A stretch of 64,000 nucleotides of DNA. Source: Octopus sinensis (taxonomy: Eukaryota). The position numbers and the translations under genes were made by a program. A model generated the notes under the pieces. The model did no database searches. It was not told the origin of the DNA and saw nothing but the letters and a program-made list of their open reading frames with translations. Position 1 is the stretch's first letter. Each line of letters opens with the position of its first letter. Where the stretch lies: positions 119,970,001-120,034,000 of the forward strand of contig NC_043001.1 of assembly GCF_006345805.1 (NCBI RefSeq), given 5' to 3'. This document shows, one piece after another, positions 14,123 to 26,637 of the stretch.

Positions 14123-14330
14123 ACGCCTGTTCCGTTCGAGCGGAATTTACTGCGATTTTTTAACCCAAAGAGGACATCTCCCCCAGTTGGTTAACGATGC
14201 ACAGTTGCATCTGATATATTGCAAGCAGGAGAACGAACCCCTACCGCCTTCTAGCGATGGTTTCGGGCTATTTCTGCCTCTCTTCAGTACAGGACACCTC
14301 GTCTGCTAGAGATGAATTTTTCTTTGGATA
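14123..14330 (-). mobile_element. Possible Penelope terminal-repeat fragment with a hammerhead-core relic
   Basis: Minus strand 14260-14287 reads CUGAAGA-G(A)GGC AGAAAUA GCCC-GAAAC. Stems I and III do not pair. Confidence 0.4.
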
Positions 14331-14589
14331 TTTAATATCGTACATAGAGGGGACACAATAAGGCAATGAGGTGGAAGCTGAGTCTGGCTACTTTAAGTAA
14401 ACTGTTTATTTCCCGGCCATAATCTAGTTGACATTTTTTGATTTTTTTAAATGCTTTTATTTTTGGATTGGATATTGTGTTTCTTCTGCTTTATATGCAA
14501 ACTAACAAATTTAATCCAAACGCCCTGTATATAGCGCCTGCACAAAATTCACAGCTCACTGGATATTGATAAAGATAGCAGAACTATTC

Positions 14590-14800
14590 GCAAATAATAC
14601 TTAGGACCCTCAAAGATACCTCAACAGAACGAAACAGCTATTGTTGTACAAACAAAACATGAAATCCACAGTAGATTACGCTAATCTTGTCTGTGTTTCT
14701 AACGGCTTCACAATGTGTTATAATCTCACCGATGCAGGAAGGCCTGCACAGACCATCCTCCGAACCAAACCAGTAAAACAAACAAGAATTAACTCCAACG
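14590..14800 (+). pseudogene. Degenerate CR1/L2-like LINE 3' RT fragment
   Basis: RTLK...KQLLLYKQNMKSTVDYANLV resembles the RTF...LLLYKxLVRPxLEY motif. Confidence 0.4.
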
Positions 14801-16402
14801 AATACAAAATAGTATCCATGCATTACAGCTGTTTACACATATGCTGCCTAGACACCGAATCAAAGATAATAAACCAGAAAGACTACATCAACAGAATTTT
14901 TGTTTTACTTGTGGTACTTATTAGACTGTGACTGGCCATGCTAGGGCAACACCTTGAAGAATTTTTAGATGGCTGTATAGAACCCAGAATTTTGTTTTAA
15001 GCTTGATCAAAACCACTTCTGTGGTTTAGTCAAGTGTATCAACCACAGAATTATTTTAGATGATTTTCAAACAGTGCTGAAGTTAAGCCTAGAAGGTCTC
15101 TCGAATGCTAGAAGTAACAGCCAGGTCTCTTGAAATTATTTTATAACTCCACTTCTGTTATATTTTTTGGCTATTCTTCGTTTTTTTATATTTTCTAAAA
15201 ATCATTTTACTTGTTTCAGTCACTGGACTGCGGCCATGCTGGGGCACCGCCTTGAAGCATCAGTTTTAGGTGATTTTCAACCAGCACATAAAGTTAAGCC
15301 TAGAAGGTCTTTCCACATGTTAGAAATAACAAACAAACCTTACAAACATTTTTTTAAATAATTTCACGTAAACAAAAACAGAAATCGCGATTGTAAAAAA
15401 AAATTAATTATTTTCCAAAATTCCAATTTTTAAGTAAACACAATATATTCAATAAAAAAACGGTGTCAAAACATCTATAACAATGGTAATTTCCGTGTGT
15501 TTCAGTTTTTTTTCCTCGTTTTTAGAATAATTTTGAAGTTTGAAAATGAAAATAAATGAACCTTAATAACAGCAATAATTGAATAATAGAACACAAGATT
15601 CTTTACTACTTAATGTACATATTGTCGGAATTTTAACAAAAGGGAAATCATATTTACTTCAAGAAATGTGTAGAAACGTAAAAACGATAAGAAGTACATT
15701 TGAATGACTATATATACACACATAAAATGAAAGTAAATATTACACACGTCTCTGACGTGTTTTTTCTTCACAAAAACCAGAATTTGTCCTTTTTATGGAG
15801 AAATACCCATTTCCCTATTTAGGCAAACGATATGAGATACGTTTGACTGACTAGCCTTCTGTTAGACCTTCAACAGCCGGAGAAAGTTCAAAAGGTCAAC
15901 TTATTCTCATTAATCTGTAAGTGCTGAGAGAAGAAAACAAAAGACTTTAAATATGTATATTTTAAGATGCTGATTTTTCTGCGACCAAAAATTCTTCAAG
16001 GTGGTGCTCCAACAATGGCGGCAGTCCAATGACTGGAACAAGTAAAAAGATTTAAAAATAATAAAAAAAAAAGCTGAGAGCGTTATTAAAAAAATTTAAA
16101 GGCTGTTATTTCTAGCACGTGGAGATACCTTCTAGGCTTAACTTCATGCGCTGGTTGAAAATCATTTAAAGCAAATTCAGTGGTCGATACATTCGACTAA
16201 AAATTCTTCAAGGTGGTGCCCCAGCATGGCCGCAGTCTAATGACTGTAACAAGTAAAAGATGAGAAAAACGAAAGAAAAAAATCGAAAAATATAAACGTG
16301 GAGCCTTTGTCCACTTTCACATTTTAACTATGGTGATTTTGGCCGAGGGGCTTTTGTCCGTGGGTTTTTTTCCTACATTCATATATATATATATATATAT
16401 AT

Positions 16403-16555
16403 ATAACAAAAGGGACATTAGCCATTTGAATGTGGCTAGGGACAGGGCAGGGCGGTGGGGGTGTTACTGATGCATTTAGCCCCAGGCGATGTAACACCCC
16501 CACCGCCCTGCCCTGTCCCTAGCCACATTCAAATGGCTAATGTCCCTTTTGTTAT
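16403..16555. mobile_element. Palindromic MITE-like element, perfect 65-bp arms, 23-nt loop
   Basis: 16403-16467 is the exact reverse complement of 16491-16555. TA at 16404 and 16553. Abuts a (TA)n tract. Confidence 0.85.
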
Positions 16556-16627
16556 GGAGCAGTTACTGTCTATATCTCGTTTAGAGAATTATTATATATA
16601 TATATATATATCATATATATATATATA

Positions 16628-16927
16628 TCACGTGATCACGTGACCGACCAGACTATCAGATGTTGCTACACATCGCTGGTCACAATGCGCTTCGCATTGT
16701 TTTAGCCTTCAAATGACGCCACCCCGCTGGCTAAGCGAGCAGGCCAACAGAAGAAAGAGTGAAAGTTGAGGCGAAAGAGTACAGCAGGAATCGCCACCAC
16801 CCCCTGCCGGAGCCTTGTGGAGCTTTTAGGTGTTTTCACTCAATAAACACTCACAACGCCCGGTCTGGGAATCGAAACCTCGATCCCACGACCGCGAGTC
16901 CGCTGCCCTAACCATTGGGTCATTGCG

Positions 16928-16930
<3 letters not shown>
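16628..16930 (-). mobile_element. SINE family C, tail variant ending GGTCACGTGATCACGTGA
   Basis: Head as 12792. Near-identical to 27150-27457. Confidence 0.85.
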
Positions 16931-16994
<64 letters not shown>

Positions 16995-17002
16995 TATATA
17001 TT

Positions 17003-17107
17003 ATAAATAAAGTACCAGTTTCGCACTGGGTCGATATAATCGACTTAATCCCTTTGTCTGTCCTTGGTTGTCCCCTCTATGTTTAGCCCCTTGTGGGTAT
17101 AAAGAAA
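17003..17107 (+). mobile_element. 5'-truncated SINE A variant with a Tx1-LINE-like 3' tail, inside (TA)n
   Basis: 17003-17045 matches the family A core (AAGTACCAGTT..CACTGGG.TCGAT.TAATCGAC). 17068-17107 matches the 3' terminus of the Tx1 copies. Confidence 0.75.
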
Positions 17108-17113
17108 TATATA

Positions 17114-17152
<39 letters not shown>

Positions 17153-17254
17153 CGACATGCCAAAGTTTCTTCTGCGTTTTGTAAAAGGTGACTAAAATCC
17201 TCACTAGCAACGACTACCCAAACAGACCTATGAGTTTGTTGTTTATTGTTTGTT

Positions 17255-17524
17255 CATAACAGCCGGTTTCCCGGTTTCTTGGCGTATAGTTTTCCCACCT
17301 GGACGGGACGCCGGTCCGTCGCAGGTTAGCTGCAAGATGCAGGAGGAAAGAGTGGGAAATAGTTGTGGCGAAAGAGTCAGCAGAAGTTCGCCATTATCTT
17401 CTGCCGGAGCCGCGTGGGGCTTAGGTGTTTCACTCATAAACACACACATTGCTCGGTCTGAGATTTGAACCCGTAATCCCTCGACCGCGAGTCCGCTGCT
17501 GTAACCACTAGGCCATGTGCCTCC
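17255..17524 (-). mobile_element. SINE family C, third tail variant
   Basis: Same tRNA-like head. 3' part CCTGCGACGGACCGGCGTCCCGTCCAGG...GAAACCGGG differs from the other C copies. Confidence 0.75.
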
Positions 17525-17631
17525 ACAGACCTATTGGTTGGGGAATTGTGCAGAGGTGCAATCCGCCAGGAGGAAGGGGAATCACCAACAAATGGTGTAT
17601 GCTGCGTCGGACTGTTTCAGCGCATGTCTCA

Positions 17632-17684
<53 letters not shown>

Positions 17685-17901
17685 TATGTAAGAGACAGAT
17701 GTAAACATCGTGTCTTTATATACATCGTGGACAGAAAAAATATATTGTATATAATGCCCGCATTAATAAACTTTATTAGTTCCAAGTATTGTGCTAGTAT
17801 GTACATACCTCAGGTGTTGAGAAACGGTGATTGTCACAGCTAAATCGTCTTTAATCATGGGGATACTGAATTAAAGTTGATTTGAGGTAGGGTTAAACAG
17901 A

Positions 17902-18547
17902 ATCTTTACCTCTTGACCTACAGATTTAAAAAATAATTTTTTGTAACTAAACACTTTCAAATTTCGGACACTGGTAGAATGTGTCATATAAAATATCTTT
18001 TACTCTTAGCGTTTTTGAGAAAAACTTGTATTTACGAAGTTATTTCACGTTAAAGTTGTCGTATTTCGGTAATTTCAACCAATCAACGACGTGTATTCAG
18101 CTGACTAAAATTACTGCCGTTGTTTGTCAACAACACCTATCGGCGGTGTAGTTTTCGTTTGTCACTGTTATTTATGACATCGTTCGTGTGTTTGTACTGG
18201 TTTTAAGGTTTTAGGGTTAGGGTTGGGGTTTTAGGGTTAGGGTTACGGTTAAGGTTTTAGGGTTAGGGTTGTCATAAATAATAGTGACAAACGAAAATTA
18301 CACAACCGGAAGTTCTTGTTGACAAACAACAGCAGTAATTTTATTCAGCTGAATACACGTCATTGATTGGTTGAAATTACCGAAATACGAGAACTTTAGC
18401 GTGAAATAACTTCGTAAATATAAGTTTTTCTCAAAAATGCTGACAGTAAAACATGTTTTATATGACACATTCTACCAGTGTTCGAAGTTTGAAAGTGTTT
18501 AGTAACAAATAATTATTTTTTAAATCTGTTTGTCAAAAGGTAAAGAT
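17902..18547. mobile_element. Fold-back element with ~278-bp arms and a telomere-like (TTAGGG) loop
   Basis: 17902-18179 pairs imperfectly with 18270-18547. The loop contains TTAGGG and variants at 18199-18270. Confidence 0.85.
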
Positions 18548-19029
18548 ACGTTAAACAACAACAAAATAACAAATCGCAAATGGAATTAAACTGGACAGCG
18601 GAGAAAAGTATACGTGACCAGAATGCAATACTTAACAATGAGTATTTAGCTTCATAAGCAAATTTAGAAGAGCTCCTAAGCGTATGTTTAATTTGCTAAC
18701 TTCATCAAGCAAATCTTTCTCAAATGTCTCCACGTTTCAAAGATAGGAGAGGGACACAGAGGATAATCTAGTCTGGATATAAAGGGACATGAAAAAAAAA
18801 CAAAGACAAAAAAAGAAGACAGGATGGTTATGGATGGAATATCTTCGACCATTGGTCTACTCAATTAGGGTCGAACTGGGAATAAACAACAATAACACTG
18901 TTGACCAGCTGCGACAATCATTTGACATTTATGAATATTTATCAATACTGAAATTTTTGATTGATGGTTACAAGGATTTGAACACAGAGGGCAGAAAACT
19001 AAAAAAAAAAAAATTACGACGCTATTCAA

Positions 19030-19103
19030 CTTTCTCTTTCTCTCTCTCTCTCATTCTTTCTCTATCGCTTTCTCTTTTCTCTCTATCTCTTTCTCTCTCT
19101 CTC

Positions 19104-19151
<48 letters not shown>

Positions 19152-19319
19152 CATACACATACACACACATGTATATGGTTAGAACGTGGAGCTGCAGTAG
19201 TGACTATCATATCTACGCATATACACACGCGCGCGCATACACACACACTCACACACACATGTATATGCCATTGTTGTATATATATGTATATCCATTGTAA
19301 ATTATATATTTATGTATGC

Positions 19320-19383
<64 letters not shown>

Positions 19384-19428
19384 GTCTGTCTGTCTGTCTG
19401 TTTGTCTATCTATCTATCTATCTATCTA

Positions 19429-19482
<54 letters not shown>

Positions 19483-19560
19483 GATAAATAGATAGCGAGA
19501 CACACACACACATACACACACACATACACACACGCACGCACACACACACACACATATGTA
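19030..19560. repeat. Compound microsatellite block (TC)n/(CA)n/(TATC)n/(CA)n
   Basis: Direct reading. Confidence 0.9.
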
Positions 19561-20352
19561 TACATATTCACCGGTTGTCACAGATCAAACGTATGGCTAT
19601 TGATTTATTGTATCTATAGTGAAAGGGATTTATTGTATTTTTTATCTCCTCACAAGTTTATCTAATGCAGTTATTGTCAATGGTTTCAATTGATCATGTC
19701 AGAGAACGACACTCTACCTAATCGTATGCTGTCCTCCTATTGGTTAATATTTTCAACAATGGAATAATCTTTAGATCATGTTTGATGCATTCTTCGTAGC
19801 TTAAAACCGAAGCATTCATAACCTTTTGTGAATGTATCGTAGTTTGCCATTAAACACCTACCCATTTTCCGGACTTCATAGTTGCATGTGTGCGTAAAAA
19901 TACCGACTACCTTTGATCGTTGAAGTGTACAATATTGGAGAATCTGTCCTACCGTTTGAGGACGAGCATGGCTCTTGGGTATCTTCACTGGATGTGATAT
20001 AGTTTTTCAATAAGTCTACGACGTAATGTGTACATTTCGAGAGCCTCTACTTAGTCATTCGACCTATTAAGAATGGTAGCTAGATCTTCCTTAAATCAAG
20101 ATCTACCATCATACATAGGAGCGGACACATTATATAATGTAGTCTGATATACAACTTAAAAGATGGGATGGTCATAGTTAGAACGTCTTGGACCATAAAT
20201 CTTCTTGATTAGGGTTGATTTGAAGCTAAATAACGAAAACAACTGGAAGTGCAAAGCAACAACACTGTAAACCGTGTATTTTGTGTCTTTTGTTCTTACT
20301 TAACGAAGCCATACATAGATCTATCACGAAGGGAAAATATTCCAAAGAAGCA

Positions 20353-20802
20353 TCTGATCTCATTATCACTCATTATCACTTCTATTGTCTCTACAGACTA
20401 CACATCTCACAGATATTATGAGTTTTTGGAAGGAGGGAATTTTTCTCGAAGAAGGGCCTGCAAAACCGATACGCTCGACACCTTTAATTCTCACCTTGAA
20501 CAAACACAAGGCAACGGTTGCTGGAAAAACACGAGCCACGAGGGAGTTCTATGGGACCGACTTTTACACAATAACCATGTAGTATCAATAATATATATAA
20601 AGAAGCAGAGTAACAACAACGTAACAATCCAACAAACTCCCCCACGAACTCTCCACGAACCAACAAACGATATTCCGATAACTACCAAAATGACACCTTA
20701 CGACTTCCTGCGATTAACACCTGCTCCCTCACTCAGACCGCTACTATTTATAGTCATTCAGTCAAATCTATTCTCGCAAGGGGTGCCATGAGTCTCACCA
20801 CA
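20353..20802 (-). mobile_element. Possible solo LTR
   Basis: Minus strand begins TGTGG, has TATAAATA (20745-20752) and a later ATTAAA. Candidate flanks GCATC/GCATA are an imperfect TSD. The far end is uncertain. Confidence 0.3.
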
Positions 20803-22096
20803 GCATACATACATACATACATACATACATACAAAGGTTTTAGGGTTAGGTTTTTCTTTAGAGATTTTTTAAGACGATAGAGTATGTTTTGAAAGTGTTT
20901 CTTCTTGCCGATACATACATTTATTAGTTTGAAGATTATCTCTGTCGCAACTATCGAATGGCAAAAATTGAGGAAAGGACAGTCATAAAACATTAGTTTG
21001 TAATCGGGTCATCACGCAGGAAGATATTTGCATTGCTTTTAGATTAGATATTCTCCGAATATTGTGTTGAAATCTGATATGGGCGATCTAGACAATATTG
21101 TTGGCCTGGTGTACTAACAAAGAGCTTATGAAGTATTTTGGCCGGAATGATAATTCCTCAGAAAAAAACTCCGTTCACACACACACACACACGCACACAC
21201 AGACGCACACACGCACACACACACACACACAACACACACACACACACACACACACCACACACACAATGCAAGCATTTTTGTAAAGAGTTAAAAGCAATTG
21301 AGAAAGTTTCTACGCCAATTTGGTAAGTTAATAGAAACAAGAATTTTTAAAAATCAATGGTCAATACCTTTAGCTTATATTTCAATGTTTTGGCTATAAA
21401 ACTACCTTATATTCAATAGAAGTGAATGCGCATAGTTATAACCTGCACGAATATGTTAAGTGGGATATTTTGCAACAAGTGTAGACTGGTGCATTTAAAT
21501 CAGCCAGTTGACGTTGCACAACACTTGACTGATTTTCTTGCTGGGTTTTAATCGTTTCACTTCGTTAATTATCTGATATTTAATAATACATTATTGGACT
21601 CGATGGCGGCTATCGTGTTTGGTTACGGCAATCACGGTCTCCAATAAAACCACTGAGCGGGGTATCGTACTTCAGAGAAGGAAACGCCGGCTTTAATAAA
21701 AATGATGCCCATCATCAACTACATATAAGAATTTCTCGATGTTAATCAGATAAATTAACACCATCTGCTCATTTGGCAATTCCTCCTTACTGTATTCATC
21801 TGCGTAGGCCAACACTTTCCTAACTCTTGTCTCACTCTGATACGGGCATTTTATCGCCGAAATATTGAATGAATGAATACAGAAAATATTGATTTTTTTC
21901 TCTCTTTTTGTATTTAAATCTCTGATTTATTTCCAGTTTGCATTGCCATAGCTTTCTTTCATCAGCTACAAACGCATATTACACAAATACATCCACATCC
22001 ACATACACACACACACACACCACACACACACACACACACATTCTCTCTATCTCTTTCTCATACGCACAAATGTTAATATAATATGCATGCATATCT

Positions 22097-22169
<73 letters not shown>

Positions 22170-22220
22170 GTGTATGTATGTATGTATGTATGTGTGTATG
22201 TATGTATATAAAATTAATAC

Positions 22221-22384
22221 AGGCGCAGGAGTGGCTGTGTTGTAAGAAGCTTGCTTACCAACCACACCGTTTCGGGTTCGACCCCACTGCGCGGTACTTT
22301 GGGCGAGTGTCTTCTACTATAGCCTCGGGCCGACGAAATCCTTGTGAGTGGATTTGGTAGACGGAAACTGAAAGAAGCCCATCG

Positions 22385-22456
<72 letters not shown>

Positions 22457-22661
22457 TTATTTGTATCTGTGTTTGTCCCCCCACCATCACTTGACAACCG
22501 ATCTTGTTGTGTTCACGTCCACATAACTTACCAGTTCGGCAAAAGAGAACGATTGAATAAGTACTAGGCTTGCAAAAAACAAGTCCTGGGGTCGATTAGT
22601 TCGACTAAAGGTGATGCTCTATCAAGGCCGCAGTCAAATGACTGAAACAAGTAAAAGAATA
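22221..22661 (+). mobile_element. SINE family B, full length, with internal (TA)n(TG)n
   Basis: A-box-like TGGCTGTGT.G, B box GGTTCGACCCC, conserved body and tail GCAGTCAAATGACTGAAACAAGTAAAAGA. Confidence 0.9.
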
Positions 22662-22837
22662 TAAACAGCAGTTTCACCAAAAAGGAGAATTATAATTGTC
22701 ACTAAATGCGACTAGTGTGTTAGAAAACATTTACTAGAAATAAAAGCTAAAACACTCTAATGCTGTAGTCAACGCGCATGACTGAGAACATACCCTAACA
22801 GGGACCATAATTGTCTGAAAAATGCCGCTCGAGAATT

Positions 22838-22886
22838 CTTAATACCGACGTCAGTTTCGGCAATTTCCGTTGCCTCATCAGTTAAG
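22838..22886 (-). ncRNA. Minimal type I hammerhead ribozyme
   Basis: CUUAA-CUGAUGA-GGCAA CGGAAA UUGCC-GAAA-CUGACGUCG-GUA^-UUAAG. All core nucleotides are present, with a 5-bp stem I, 5-bp stem II and near-palindromic helix III. Confidence 0.85.
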
Positions 22887-22955
22887 CCTGCCCGATTGTT
22901 CGGCTTTTCCTGATGTTTTCGTCATCCAAATTATTGGATGATTTAGCGATATGCT

Positions 22956-25900
22956 AAAAGGGAATGGACCCGGACCGGAAATGGACAATGAGAAAAGAAG
23001 CGGTAAAGGAAAAGTAGATGAGGAATTCAGCTGCTGTGGAAAGGTGTTTTCTAGTTACATCGGGCTTAGAATTCACCAAGGGAAGGTGTATCAGAAGCAA
23101 GTGATTCAACAGCGCGGGTTGAAAAACCAAAAGACGTGTCGCCAGAACCTCCTGGAAATAAACCATAGCGAGAGTCATTCCATAGTTGAATCGGAAAAGC
23201 CAAGAAAAGAGAAAGGCGTGAAGAAGCCAAAGATTAAGTAGCCGAAGGCAAATGTTGCAGCTAGCTATAAGGAATTCGACAACGAATTTCTTATAAATTC
23301 AAAAGGGGCGATGAACAAAAGCTCGAAAACTTGGCTAATATAATCTCTCAGGAAGGAGAGAAAAGATTTGGACTTGAAACAACAAGGAATGGAGAATCAT
23401 CGGCAACGGGGGAACCATCGAGAAGAGAAAGATGGATCGCAAAGATACGTGAAGAGAACAAAAACTCAGAACCAGATGGAGGGATGCAAAAGAAGAGGAA
23501 AGCGAAGGGTTAAAACAATTATATGAAGAGATAAAAAAGGGGCATCGAGAACAACTAAGAAAGAAATGAAATAAGAACAGAAGAAAGGAGAGAGAAAAGA
23601 ACTATCGTAGTTTTGTAAACAACCCATATCAATATGTTAAACATTTGTTTACTGAAAGTAAGAGCGGAAGATTAGATTGCACTAAAAAAGAGCTCGAACA
23701 CGATCTTAAAAGGACGTACAGCGACGCTGATAGAAATAAAGTACTCCTAGAAATGCTCGGGCTGAAGAAACCACCTGAATCAAGTGTACCATTCGATTTG
23801 AGTGTCATCGGACGGAAAGAAATGGATGAGTTCATTAGAAAAGCAAGAGCAAAAAGTTCACAATGGAACGACGGAGTTAGCTACAAGATTTATAAATATT
23901 ACTCGAAATTGCGTTTATAACTATTTACATTAAGAGAAATGTGGAAGAAAAAAGACGTAGCAGAACGATGTTGTATAGCTCTCTAAAGAGAGGGAAGCAA
24001 AAACACTAGGACAATTCAGACCCATATCACTGCTAAATATCGATGTTTGTCAAGTGAATCATAAGATTCGTACAGCATAACGGATATGTTAATGAAGCAA
24101 TCCAGAAGGCAGGGATCCCTGGAATCCCTGGATACATAGAACATGCATTTGCCATCTGGGAAGCTATCAACTGTGCAAAACAACTGAAAAAAACTGTACA
24201 TTGTATGGCTAGATCTTGCCAGTGCATATGGATCTGTTCCACACACACTAATTCAAGCAGCTATGGATTTCTTTTGGGCTCCAGAAGATATTCAACGAAT
24301 GCTCATGTGTTGCTCCGATAAACTGAAGAGGAGATTTACAGCAGGAAATTTCTCAAAGGTGTGGCAACAGTTTGAAGTAGGTATTGCAGCTGGATGCACG
24401 ATATCAATCATCTTATTTGTGCTAGTCATGATGTTACTAAGATCAACAAACTGTGAGAAATATATTACAAAGACACCATTAAAGGCTTTTATGGACGACG
24501 TTACGGTATTATCAGAAAGTAGAGAAGCAGCAGTTAGAACGGTTGGACGAACTAACAGGATGGATGAGAATGAAATTCAAGCCAAAAAATCTCGAAGCGT
24601 GGCTTTCATGAAGAGTCCAAAAAGAAGTGAAATGCAGGATATGAGGTGAAGATAGACCAACGGTGAAAGAACAACCAGTAAAAAGTCTCTGCAGATGGTA
24701 CAGAGATTTATTAAATGATAAGAAGCAAAGCAAAGAAACACAAGATTTAGTGGAACAGGGACTAAAGGCAATCGACAGAACATTATCGGGGAAATTCGAA
24801 TGCTGGATATTGCAACTTGGATTGTACCCAAGGATAATGTGGTTATTGCCAATGTACGAAATAGCCTCGAGCAGAGTAGAAAGGATGGAACAAAGATAGA
24901 GTGTGTTTATCAGAAAATGGCTTGATATTCCAAAACCACTGAATACAACTGACTATATGGAAAACGCGTGCTGCAACTACCGGTAACATCAATCGCCGAA
25001 GGTTATAAGATAGGGAAGGCAAGGAGAGTAATGATGCTGAGGTATTCGAACGATCAGAACAACAAAGAAAACCCTCCAAAGGTACGAACAAGGAGGAAAT
25101 GGAAAATGGAAGAGGCAGTAAACAGGGTGATCGGAAAACTAAGGTATGCCGATATAATCGGAGCGACGCAAGAAGCAAGAGCTGGTCTAGTGTTGCATCA
25201 TTTCAAGCCATTTTGCATGAACAGTGTAAAGGAGATGAAAAAGGCAGTGGTACTCGAAGTGAGATAGAAGAAAGGCGAAATATACATTTGGTGCAATGTA
25301 GCCAACAGGGACAGTGCTTGAGATGGGAGGAATATGTGGTCAGTCGCAGAATCTCATGGAAGGAACTTTGGGTCTGGGAACAAGCAAGAACATCCTTTCT
25401 GATCAAGTCTACCTTCGACGTTTTACCTTCACCGGCCAATTTTGTTCGGTGGTACATACAAACAGCTGATGAATGTAGATGCGAAGAAAAAGCGACGTTG
25501 AAACATGTTCGGTCAAACTGCAGGCTATCACTAGACAGATGTACATGGCCTCACAATCAAGTCCTCGGTGTCATAAGATTGAGGGATATTATAGGGGAGA
25601 ATACCCAAAAGTGGAAAAGCGCGGAATGATATACTTCCAGAAGAAGGGAAAAGGACATAAGGCCAAGCCTTCCAATAACGTATACGAGACAAACGAAAGA
25701 AGGAAGAGAGATTGGGAGCTGACCACGGGTTTGGAGAGACTGAATATTTCCATTCATAAAAGCAACAAAAAGACCGGACTTAATCCTATGGAACACAGAA
25801 TGGAGAATTGGAATTTTGCTAGAGCTGACAGTGCCATGGGAAGAGAACATCGCTAATGCAGAGCAACGGAAGAAGAGGCATGAAAAATTAATCGAAGAGT

Positions 25901-26637
25901 GCAGAGAACAGGGATGGAATGTCGAGTATTACCACCCGGCAGTGGGGGATAGGGGCTTCATTGAAAGGAAAATGGCGACGTTATTTAAAAGAAGGTTTGC
26001 ATTTTCGAACTCAGAATTGAGAAAAGTAATAAGGAGAATACAGGAGGCAGTCGACAAAGCTAGCTTCTATATATGGCTGAAATGAGAAGACCAAAAATGG
26101 TTTGAAAGCCGTAACATGCCGACTGGGAAATAGCGTCGCTAGGTGGGGCTGACTGACACTTAAACAGCATCGCTGATCGACTGGTAGGCCAAGGTAGTGA
26201 TCTCATTCATAGCACACCCTCCACCTGGTTCGAAGGCTTGTACCACCAAATAGCTAATCGGCTCTGGCTGCTGGAACTGAAACTAACACGACACTGTTAG
26301 AAGGCAGGTTTAGAGAGGACGCGGGCCAAAACTACGCACCCTTCCCCTCCATTGGTCACTTGAAGCTTAGACAGTGTCACGTGACAGTTGGCGCTGGCTG
26401 CTGGAGCCTACCGGCAAGTATTTAAAAGAAAATGTGGCAGGATGGTCATTCGCCCGCTGACATTCGTTGAAGCTGCATCGAATAAACCAAAGAACAAAAG
26501 AAAAACGGAGAAAGAAAAAACGCACTCAACACCAGAGCTGAAGATACCCCCGAAAGTGGGAGCTCCGCCACGTTGGAAACGGTAGAAGTGTAGGGCCTGA
26601 AACCGGACGAGGTAGCGAACCACGAAAAGTGGTTGGA
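22956..26637 (+). mobile_element. HERO-like RLE-type non-LTR retrotransposon, near full length, decayed
   Basis: N-terminal zinc-finger-like SCCGKVFSSYIGLRIHQGK; RT motifs QFRPISLLN, WLDLASAYGSVPH, GIAAGCTISIILF, AFMDD; decayed CCHC (CRC..ATLKHVRSNC..LDRCTWPHNQVL); RLE RPDLILW..LLELTVPWEEN. Many frameshifts. Flanked by a 49-bp direct repeat. Confidence 0.85.

Noticed and set aside
18789-19487. 232-aa ORF
   Set aside because: Length comes mostly from (TC)n/(CA)n/(TATC)n tracts and no domain is recognisable.
20249-20791. 180-aa plus-strand ORF
   Set aside because: No recognisable domain. It overlaps a repeat and the LTR-like candidate.
26537-26590. CTGAAGA...GAAAC in the HERO 3'UTR as a ribozyme
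   Set aside because: No consistent stem I or stem II closure.
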